From IMG/VR virus record IMGVR_UViG_3300045988_159115: 64,000 nt of DNA. The stretch is one strand, 5' to 3'. Source of the stretch: a virus. The notes beneath the pieces were generated by a model. It worked only from the letters and a program-made list of their open reading frames with translations. It was not told the DNA's origin and searched no databases. Position numbers and translations under genes: made by a program. This document shows positions 24,461-32,412 of the stretch, piece after piece. Each line of letters starts with the position of its first letter. The first letter of the stretch is position 1.

Positions 24461-26155
24461 TTATAAAACTGCTACGTTGCTTGTGTCGAAGCTCGTATTC
24501 CCCAGACGCTGATATTTGAGAAAAACCAGGTAGGTGACATCAATCGGAATTCGCTTTGTCAGCTGACCGCAGTGAGGGCAACGGACATTGGTCAGCGCAA
24601 ACTGTGCGGTGTAACCACGCATGTAACGCTGAAGCAATGATGCAACCAGAGTGATCTCATCGGGCTTGATGGAATAAATAGCTTCCACCATGTCCTCGAA
24701 CTTGTCGTACATTGTCCATGTGCCATCAGCATTCGGCACATAAACGGCACGGACCATAGTAAGTGCACCAGCATTATCCTTCAGGATACCGTTGACATCG
24801 TTGGGATGATTCTCTTCGAACACATCACCAGCGATATTGTCAACGATGGTATACAGATAATCGTATGCAGATGCAACGCCGATCTCCAGAATGTACTTGG
24901 ACTGAGGAAGCTGAACGCGCTTATTCTTCAGAACAGGGCCGTTAGCCATCAGCTCACGCTCTTTGCCTGCAGGACAGTCGATGACTTCCTTCATAGCGTC
25001 CAGGAACTTTTCATCGCAATCAGCAAACTGAATCAGAGAACGAGGAGCAAACTTCTGATAGAAGCTCTGCTTACACTCAGGATTATTGCAGTTCAGGCTG
25101 ATCTCGTCGATCTCAGGGAAGGTTGCGATGATCAGGCCATAGATTGCGATATTGATGTCAGTATGAGCAAACTTCTTCAGGAAGTCCTCATAGTTCTCGA
25201 ACTTACCACAAGAGGGATTGACCATCTTGTTGTAGATGATAGACAGCTGCTTATTGATACGATCGTAGTTGCCAGCTTCACCATTCATGATGATGTCGCC
25301 CATCTCACCGTAAGACAGACCTGTCATATATGCACGGAAACGAGATGCAGGGAACGTAACAGGAACACGGCTGGAAGAACCCTGATACTCATTCACATAC
25401 TCTGCGAAAGACTTATCAGCCTTCTTGATCGTGATTGCAGACAGATCAACGTCCTCGATCTCCTTGACACGGATCTCAGTAGAGGTAGTCAGCTTTTCCT
25501 TCTCATCATCGGTGAAGTTGACCTCAGCGCCAAGACCAGTCTTGTCGATCAGAATTTCGACGACCTTCTTGCGCATTTCCGCACGCTCCGCATCAGCAGC
25601 CGCCTTAGCCTCAGCTTCAGGATCAGGAGTCTCCACAGGAGCGTCGTTGGAAGTATCTTCCGCATCAGTGCTCTTATCGGTCGTTTCTGTTTCATCGGAA
25701 GGAGTCTCCTTCGTTTCAGACACTTCGCCATGCTCCAGAATGGAAGGATCGTTAGATGCACGGTCAAGTGCATCCATCAGGCCAACCATCTGCTCAGGTT
25801 TCTGAATGGGAGCAGAAAGCTTGATCTTCTTTGCAACTTCCATCTGCTTATCCATGTCAGACATGTAACGATCAATCTCGTCGGTAGCATCGGTTTCGGT
25901 CTTATTCTTCAGAGCCTTCTGATCATGATTCAGATCAGCATTATCGACAACCAGACCCTTTGTCTGGTTTGCCTTTTGCTCCTTCATCTGCTCCAGAGGG
26001 GTCTTCTCACGAGGAGCTTCCTCAACAGGCTCCTCGGCAACAGGAGCTTCTGTTGTATTAGTTTTTGCAGTCTTGATCAGAGATGCGATATCCATGTTGC
26101 TGTCTCGACGAATACCATTACCCCGATCTTGAGTAATATCATTATTTTCGATCAT
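24461..26155 (-). CDS. hypothetical structural-module protein: acidic disordered N-terminal third plus two CxxC pairs
   Basis: 564-aa ORF; AAAGGA SD; CNNPEC...and...RCPHCG; directly downstream of the gp25-like gene. Confidence 0.7.
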   Translation of the reverse strand: MIENNDITQDRGNGIRRDSNMDIASLIKTAKTNTTEAPVAEEPVEEAPREKTPLEQMKEQKANQTKGLVVDNADLNHDQKALKNKTETDATDEIDRYMSDMDKQMEVAKKIKLSAPIQKPEQMVGLMDALDRASNDPSILEHGEVSETKETPSDETETTDKSTDAEDTSNDAPVETPDPEAEAKAAADAERAEMRKKVVEILIDKTGLGAEVNFTDDEKEKLTTSTEIRVKEIEDVDLSAITIKKADKSFAEYVNEYQGSSSRVPVTFPASRFRAYMTGLSYGEMGDIIMNGEAGNYDRINKQLSIIYNKMVNPSCGKFENYEDFLKKFAHTDINIAIYGLIIATFPEIDEISLNCNNPECKQSFYQKFAPRSLIQFADCDEKFLDAMKEVIDCPAGKERELMANGPVLKNKRVQLPQSKYILEIGVASAYDYLYTIVDNIAGDVFEENHPNDVNGILKDNAGALTMVRAVYVPNADGTWTMYDKFEDMVEAIYSIKPDEITLVASLLQRYMRGYTAQFALTNVRCPHCGQLTKRIPIDVTYLVFLKYQRLGNTSFDTSNVAVL

Positions 26156-26185
26156 TAGTTTGTGCCCATCCTTTCTATATTGAAG

Positions 26186-26599
26186 TTATACGTAGACGTA
26201 GTTGTATGTCGTATTACCATTTTTATCCTTGGTAATACCAATGGACAATGTCTCCTTACCGTCAATTACTTTTGTCGGTAATACGATAAGAAGAAGCGGT
26301 TGGTTATTGTACATAGTCTTTTGCACGTCGAGAGAACCAGCATTGATGTAATCAGCAAATTCAGAGCATTGCTCTGCAATACGCGCTTTCAATGCGCTTG
26401 TATCGACGTCATCCCAGAAGGAATACAAAATCTCTTGGATATTGATTCCAAGATTTGGCATGGATGGGAAGAAGCCAGGTTTCCCAAATAGCAAATTCAA
26501 AACTGCATTTGCGATTGCTTCTGTTTCATTTGCATATTTTGCTCTTCCGAAATTATCCAAGCCAAAATTCGGCTCTACTTTACCTTTTGTGGCAGCCAT
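26186..26599 (-). CDS. baseplate wedge protein, gp25/GPW-like
   Basis: TEAIANAVLNLLFGKPGFFPSMPNLGINIQEILYS parallels T4 gp25 LRSIKNSLLGIITTRKGSRPFDPEFGCDLSDQLFE; preferred start is the ATG at 26599, 11 nt after AGGAGG. Confidence 0.6.
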   Translation of the reverse strand: MAATKGKVEPNFGLDNFGRAKYANETEAIANAVLNLLFGKPGFFPSMPNLGINIQEILYSFWDDVDTSALKARIAEQCSEFADYINAGSLDVQKTMYNNQPLLLIVLPTKVIDGKETLSIGITKDKNGNTTYNYVYV

Positions 26600-26681
26600 A
26601 AGTATCATCACCTCCTGCTGTATTGTCTCATATACATAGCCAAACTTAGTAAAGTGTATTTTGACTAGGTTATAATTTTGA

Positions 26682-26696
26682 CCCCTAAAAACACTG
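26682..26696 (+). promoter_or_regulatory. class I-like motif CCCCTAAAAACACTG
   Basis: 37 nt upstream of the ATG at 26734. Confidence 0.4.
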
Positions 26697-26733
26697 GAAT
26701 AAGCTTATAAACTAGAGAAAGGACGTGGTGAAA

Positions 26734-27507
26734 ATGGCTACACTAAAGTGCAAATTTTGCTCAAAAGTGTTTAATGATCCAGATGCCATGGCTGCCCATT
26801 TGGAAAATTATCACGCTGATATGATTCCTCCGGATATGGAACCGTATCAGTTTTATTACTATCTGAAGACTGGTAAAACCCATGGCAATTGTGTCATGTG
26901 CAAACAGCCTACTGGATGGAATCCTAAGACGAAAAAATATAAGCGATTCTGCGAAAACCCAAAGTGCAAAATCGCTTATCGAAATATGTTTAAGACCCGT
27001 ATGATTGGTACATACGGAAAGGTTACTCTTCTGAATGATCCTGATCAGCAGAAGAAAATGCTTGCGAATCGAAGCATCAGTGGACTCTATGAATGGAGTG
27101 ACCACAGCAAGAAACTTCCGTATACTGGTAGCTATGAACTTTCTTTTCTGAAGTTCTTAGACGAAGTAATGGATTTCGATTCAAGTGATGTTATGGCTCC
27201 ATCTCCTCATACTTACAACTACATGTATGAAGGGAAGCAGCATTTCTATATCCCTGATTTCTTCATCCCTTCTCTTAACCTTGAGATTGAGATCAAGGAT
27301 GGTGGAGACAATCCCAATATGCATTATAAGATTCAAGACGTTGATAAAGAAAAAGAACGTCTGAAGGATGAAGTGATGCGGACCAACAGCAGTAACTTCA
27401 ATTATCTCAAAATCGTAAATAAGCAGAATGAAATCTTCTTTAAGTATCTGGAACTCGCTAAGAAGAAATTCGCTGCTAATGATAATACGCCTATTTTTAT
27501 GGTATAA
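26734..27507 (+). CDS. C2H2 zinc-finger protein with a PD-(D/E)xK-like nuclease core
   Basis: N-terminus KCKFCSKVFNDPDAMAAHLENYH (C2H2); C-terminal part YIPDF...LEIEIKDG fits the D...E.K nuclease motif. Confidence 0.55.
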   Translation: MATLKCKFCSKVFNDPDAMAAHLENYHADMIPPDMEPYQFYYYLKTGKTHGNCVMCKQPTGWNPKTKKYKRFCENPKCKIAYRNMFKTRMIGTYGKVTLLNDPDQQKKMLANRSISGLYEWSDHSKKLPYTGSYELSFLKFLDEVMDFDSSDVMAPSPHTYNYMYEGKQHFYIPDFFIPSLNLEIEIKDGGDNPNMHYKIQDVDKEKERLKDEVMRTNSSNFNYLKIVNKQNEIFFKYLELAKKKFAANDNTPIFMV

Positions 27508-27529
27508 AGAATAAGGAGGATTATGAAAA

Positions 27530-28819
27530 ATGGATTATGGTTTTCTTTCCGATTGTGGCATTGCTCTACTGTGTGATATCGTAGACTGCCTTCCCAGCAT
27601 GCCTGGTGATCTTCGCCAGTGGGTAAATTACCATATCACAGATCCGTATTTTGATATGGCCATTTTTAAGACCAATAAGCGGCGTTTAAGTAGGTACTGC
27701 ACCGTACTTGCTCCCCTTCAGAGAGTGGATGACGTTACTATTCTTTCTGACCCTCAAGCACACGCTTCTAATTATCAAGGCCGATATAGCCTCTACCGCT
27801 ATATGATTGATGATCTGAAAGCTAATGGTGGATTTGCAAAATTCCCTGATGCATATGGCTGGGCAAAAGACGTTATCAATTCTCCGTCGAGTAATTATGA
27901 GTCTCTGTATCAGCTGGAGGAAAAAATCGACTATATGCTCGCAAATCTGGATGGAGCTAAGGAACTTCAGCATCGACTTGCCGCGTTCTTCACCAAGGAT
28001 GTTATGCCTTGGAAGGCTCGTGCATGCGATATCTATACATCTATTTCGTGGCGAGCAAACAATGGTCCAGAAGCATGTGTTGACAGTAACTACATGCTCA
28101 GTGATATCGTCTATGGTCTGAGCAATATTCCTCGTATCAAATATCTGAGCGTGGCTGATGTGAATGACATCGCTATTCAGATCGCTGCATATTTCCATAC
28201 CATCAATCCCGATAAGCCGCCTAAGATCAATCGGTTCCTCTGTGCTCTTGAAATTCCTGTGCAGACTACGGAACTTGTGGATGCTGTGTGGCATTGTGTC
28301 GAAAATAAAGATACGATCGGTTGCTTAAGCAATCTGGTTTATCCTGAAAAGTATGGGTATTCCAGCAGTGATGAAAAGCTTAAGAGCACAGAAGTAAATA
28401 CGATCAACGGATATTCTATCATTCAGAACTATCATAGCAATCGTATTGCGAATAAAGAGGACCTGTTCAATATCACAAATGATCTGCGTTTCATGAATAA
28501 TGCAGAAATCGCTGCATATCAGAAAGATGATATCTGTGGTCCTGATATTGAGCTTCATCTCGATGCTGTTGATATTGGAACTCTTCGAGATACCAATCTC
28601 TCCGTATTCGTCGCAGTTGATATGAATAACAACATGGATACTCGATACGTTGCTCTTACTATGGAGGACGGCGAAGCATTCCTGCTTTATACATTCAAGT
28701 TTGAAAAAGCTCATAAGGTTTATGGTATCTCTCTCAAGAAGTATCCTGACAATTCTCGAAAAATCATTACTGTCAATGGACGTAACGTGGATTCCTTCTT
28801 ATATAAATCAGGTTTTTGA
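27530..28819 (+). CDS. hypothetical protein
   Basis: 429-aa ORF; AAGGAGG SD. Confidence 0.7.
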   Translation: MDYGFLSDCGIALLCDIVDCLPSMPGDLRQWVNYHITDPYFDMAIFKTNKRRLSRYCTVLAPLQRVDDVTILSDPQAHASNYQGRYSLYRYMIDDLKANGGFAKFPDAYGWAKDVINSPSSNYESLYQLEEKIDYMLANLDGAKELQHRLAAFFTKDVMPWKARACDIYTSISWRANNGPEACVDSNYMLSDIVYGLSNIPRIKYLSVADVNDIAIQIAAYFHTINPDKPPKINRFLCALEIPVQTTELVDAVWHCVENKDTIGCLSNLVYPEKYGYSSSDEKLKSTEVNTINGYSIIQNYHSNRIANKEDLFNITNDLRFMNNAEIAAYQKDDICGPDIELHLDAVDIGTLRDTNLSVFVAVDMNNNMDTRYVALTMEDGEAFLLYTFKFEKAHKVYGISLKKYPDNSRKIITVNGRNVDSFLYKSGF

Positions 28820-28821
28820 TT

Positions 28822-28836
28822 TATATATTATATAAT
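28822..28836 (+). promoter_or_regulatory. AT-rich class II box TATATATTATATAAT
   Basis: Lies in the 160-nt gap upstream of gene 28983. Confidence 0.3.
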
Positions 28837-28982
28837 TAGGATGAGATGATTGTATTATTTAATTCCCCATGTCTACACATACAAACATCTAATCCAAAAG
28901 ATTATGAGTGGGTTTAAATGTCCGGCTGTCTAAACGGACATCCACTTGTAAAAATTATATATTTATAAAGGAGCAAAAAACA

Positions 28983-29804
28983 ATGGAAAACATGAAAGTG
29001 AATTTGGGCGTGACCCGCATTGATAACGAGGTCAAATATGTGTCCAATACCGCTAAAGCCCAGCAGTTCCTGACCCAGCGCCTGCGTAAGGCGATCGCTG
29101 GTTGGAACCGTTCGAATCCCAATGGACCTCAGTTCAATCCGAACGCTGAGCTGGCGCTGATTTCCCGCCCCTGGTGCGGAAACCCTGGTAAAGCAACTAA
29201 GCTGTTTGTTCCTATCTGGCTGATGCTGCCCACTGAGGCAGTTGAGGGCAATGAGAACTTCGGTCGCCGTAAGAAGAACAACAGTAATGGTTCCGTTTAT
29301 CTGCCGACGTTCGTGAATGTGTACGGCAGCGACGGCGATGGCGATAACGGCAACTCCAGCATTAAGCTGAAGGGACCCTACAGTGCACTCGTCGATCAGT
29401 ACAGCTTCGGCGATCCTGAAGAGGCTATCAAGAGTCTGCGTAAGCCCAAGAATATGATGGACATGCAGCTGACTCAGAAGCATCTCTCTGAGATCCGTCG
29501 TGGTATGACTCCTCATTTACATCGGTTTGGCAAGCATTGCACCCGTGTGGAGGTTCTGATCAATCCGACGAAGCTCTTTGAGGATATGATCGAGTCCACC
29601 ATCAAGGAGAACAACCTGCCGAACGATCGTCCCTATGACGTTCTCACTCATGCAAGCCAGAAGGTCAGCAACGGCGTCTGGAACTACGAGATTTGCTGCC
29701 GCTATATCGACATGGCCGATGACAATGGCGGCAAGAAGAAGCACAAGAAAGACCGTCGCAGCATCGACGAGAACGAACTGATTCGTCGTGAGATGACGCG
29801 GTAA
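28983..29804 (+). CDS. hypothetical protein (monocistronic unit), basic C-terminus
   Basis: Start ATG 28983 after AAAGGAG; followed by a strong terminator. Confidence 0.7.
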   Translation: MENMKVNLGVTRIDNEVKYVSNTAKAQQFLTQRLRKAIAGWNRSNPNGPQFNPNAELALISRPWCGNPGKATKLFVPIWLMLPTEAVEGNENFGRRKKNNSNGSVYLPTFVNVYGSDGDGDNGNSSIKLKGPYSALVDQYSFGDPEEAIKSLRKPKNMMDMQLTQKHLSEIRRGMTPHLHRFGKHCTRVEVLINPTKLFEDMIESTIKENNLPNDRPYDVLTHASQKVSNGVWNYEICCRYIDMADDNGGKKKHKKDRRSIDENELIRREMTR

Positions 29805-29855
29805 GTAACTAACACAAATGGCACTACTTATCGGGTGTAGACAGTAAGTAGGTTA

Positions 29856-29907
29856 AAGGAAGGACCTTATGCTCGGTGATGAGTGTAAGGTCCTTCCTTA
29901 TTTTTTG
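29856..29907 (+). terminator. rho-independent terminator
   Basis: AAGGAAGGACCTTA / TAAGGTCCTTCCTT followed by ATTTTTTG. Confidence 0.85.
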
Positions 29908-29925
29908 TATGAAGAGGTGATTTGA

Positions 29926-31038
29926 ATGGGAGAAGTAAAACCGTTCTCCGACGATAATCCTTTATATGATAATCCCTTTGAAGTTGCATTCTCTGGAATG
30001 AAGATTCGCTATGTGACATACGCTTCTATGATCCGAAGTGCAAAGTTCTTACAACCAAAAGACAAAGTATCCGTATTCATCAATGTTGAGACTCTGCTGA
30101 ATAGTCTTTCCAGTATTAAAGATATTGGTAATCTCGTTTTGAAAGAGCAATTCTTTCCAGTCATTATGGAATCTGGAATCATCAATCTCTCTGCTCATTA
30201 TAAACGATTCTTTCGTAAGTTCAATCTGGATGTGAAGGTGTTCTTGTATTACACAGACCTTTCCAGAGAGTCTTACAAGAATAATCAATATGAGCATTAC
30301 TACAGAAGCTACTATCAGAATAAATTCATGGAGAATCCAAACTACTATCTCATCGGAGAACGAATGGTAAAAGATATCGTTCCAATGGTAAGTAAGATTC
30401 TTGAATTCATCCCTGATGTGTACTTCATTAAAACAGAGAGTATGGATTCGTCGCTCGTTCCATACGTGATCAGCAAGATGTACCAAGATAGAAAAAATTT
30501 CATCATCACTGGAGATAACTACGATACCCAATATATGAACTATCCGAATTTCTTCGTTTCCATTATCCGAAGAACTGGTACTGGAAATCTTGCTATCTGT
30601 AGCCTTGATAAAATCATCCCATTGATTTTCCGTGATAATATGGCAGTCGTGAATAACGTGGATATTTTCTACAATAAGATGTTTTATTCCATGTGCTTGG
30701 CTGTTACTGGAGATCATAGACGTAGTATTAAATCCATTCGAGGAGTTGGACCAAAGACTCTATCTAATAAAATAAAGAAGGCAATTGACAATGGAGACCT
30801 TACTCGAGATTGCACCTCTATTGATGTATGCTGTACTGTACTTGATCGAGACAATGACCTCTTAGCACAAAATTGCAGATGCATCAATTTGGATAGTCAA
30901 TATGCTGACCTTACAGATTCTGATTTCTTTGCAATCAAGAATCAGATTGTAGATCGGTATGACCAAAACTCTCTTGAAGAGTTAAATACTACACGGTATC
31001 AGTATTTCCCACTGATGCTAAATGAACTCACACATTGA
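29926..31038 (+). CDS. 5'-3' exonuclease / flap endonuclease (T4 RNase H-like)
   Basis: VFINVETLLNS parallels the N-terminal acidic block; IITGDNYDTQY parallels S.D.D..QL; GVGPKTLSNKIKKAI parallels the H3TH motif GIGPKTA. Confidence 0.55.
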   Translation: MGEVKPFSDDNPLYDNPFEVAFSGMKIRYVTYASMIRSAKFLQPKDKVSVFINVETLLNSLSSIKDIGNLVLKEQFFPVIMESGIINLSAHYKRFFRKFNLDVKVFLYYTDLSRESYKNNQYEHYYRSYYQNKFMENPNYYLIGERMVKDIVPMVSKILEFIPDVYFIKTESMDSSLVPYVISKMYQDRKNFIITGDNYDTQYMNYPNFFVSIIRRTGTGNLAICSLDKIIPLIFRDNMAVVNNVDIFYNKMFYSMCLAVTGDHRRSIKSIRGVGPKTLSNKIKKAIDNGDLTRDCTSIDVCCTVLDRDNDLLAQNCRCINLDSQYADLTDSDFFAIKNQIVDRYDQNSLEELNTTRYQYFPLMLNELTH

Positions 31039-31073
31039 AATCATCAAACTAGAAAGGAGATGATTTTTTTCTT

Positions 31074-32357
31074 ATGGGTAGTCTATCTACAGTTACAATT
31101 GACCTGAAGAAAGATCGGTTCCTTGAATATAAGTATCGGATTACAGAATTTCATATCGTGACAGATGGGAAAGATGACAAATTTCCAGTAGAAAGAATTC
31201 AATCTGTGAAGATTGAGAATTACTACGAAAATGCATCATTCCCTATCTTCCGTGTTTCTCTCCTGATGGAAGCATCCAGATACTATAATCTCATCAAGAA
31301 TAAAGATAAAGTTGAAATCATCGTCCGTATGCAGCACTTTATCCGGAAATATGATCATGAACGAAAAATGGAAGAAATGAGTGATCTCCGTGATACGTTC
31401 ACAGAAACTTTCGTCTTATTCAGCGATGACGATAATGCTGATTATCAGACGGATTTGAAACTGGAAGCAAATAAGAAGGATGACAAGAATAAACTGGAAG
31501 AACTCAAGAATATGGTAGAGCTATTCCTGTTTAAGAAAGATTGGGTCACTGGGCTTCGTTCACAAGCAAACGTGATTGTGAATAATGCTGATATGACTAC
31601 AACGATTGCCTATCTTCTCAATAAAGCGAAAGTTACAAATGTCTTGATGTCTCCTCTCCAGAATACGAAGAGCTATGAAGAAATGGTTCTTCCTCCGCAG
31701 TCAATTGACAAACAGCTCCGATACCTCAATAACAACGTCGGATTCCATCAATACGGAACGATGATTTATTTTGGTATTAGCGATGGCTATATTCTCGACT
31801 GTAAAGGTGGATGCACCGCATATAGAGATAAAGAATGGAAGGAATCTGTTTTTTATATCACAGACACTTCAAACCATATCTCTATGATGTCCAATATGCT
31901 TGAGAAGTATAAGGAAGAGAGATACTACTACAACATCGCAAATACATCCATCAATATCGTTGCTGGTGGTGTCTCAGATAACGTCGTTTCTGGTACGGAT
32001 GCTACAGTCATTGATATGAAAGGGAATAGTTCAACGACTGCAAGTTCTAATGCAAAAACAGTGGAATCTGCAAATAAGTCGACTCTATATAATTATTCCT
32101 CGAATCCATACAAGGCAACCGTCTATCAATCACTTCAGACTGGTGATAATATGACGATTTATATTGGCATGCGAAATGTCAATATTCTCGGTCTCGCACC
32201 AAATAAAGACTTTACTGTCGTCTTTGAGAATCAGCTTCTCAATGGTAAGTATAAAGGCACCTACAGATTAGCAAGTTCCATTTTCCTGTTTAATGGAAAT
32301 AATGCAGAGCTTGACTTAGACGCTGTGGTTGAACTCAAGAAAACAGTTACACCTTAA
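31074..32357 (+). CDS. hypothetical protein
   Basis: 427-aa ORF; AAAGGAG lies 14 nt upstream, which is a long spacing. Confidence 0.6.
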   Translation: MGSLSTVTIDLKKDRFLEYKYRITEFHIVTDGKDDKFPVERIQSVKIENYYENASFPIFRVSLLMEASRYYNLIKNKDKVEIIVRMQHFIRKYDHERKMEEMSDLRDTFTETFVLFSDDDNADYQTDLKLEANKKDDKNKLEELKNMVELFLFKKDWVTGLRSQANVIVNNADMTTTIAYLLNKAKVTNVLMSPLQNTKSYEEMVLPPQSIDKQLRYLNNNVGFHQYGTMIYFGISDGYILDCKGGCTAYRDKEWKESVFYITDTSNHISMMSNMLEKYKEERYYYNIANTSINIVAGGVSDNVVSGTDATVIDMKGNSSTTASSNAKTVESANKSTLYNYSSNPYKATVYQSLQTGDNMTIYIGMRNVNILGLAPNKDFTVVFENQLLNGKYKGTYRLASSIFLFNGNNAELDLDAVVELKKTVTP

Positions 32358-32358
32358 A

Positions 32359-32408
32359 AATACAGGTAAGAATCAAGATACTTTAATATCAAGATTCTTA
32401 CCTGTATT
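32359..32408. terminator. bidirectional terminator
   Basis: 16-bp stem AATACAGGTAAGAATC / GATTCTTACCTGTATT between convergent genes. Confidence 0.8.
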
Positions 32409-32412
32409 TTAT

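Noticed and set aside
24806-26158. Long + strand ORF (450 aa) antisense to gene 24461-26155. Similar shadow ORFs lie at 56398-58389, 38992-40128, 33850-34899, 19878-20648, 32329-33012, 13857-14861, 108-824 and 2728-3933.
   Set aside because: Their composition is low-complexity L/R/I/S/C-rich and they have no SD. Each lies fully inside and antisense to a gene with recognisable motifs or a strong SD. These are typical shadow ORFs.
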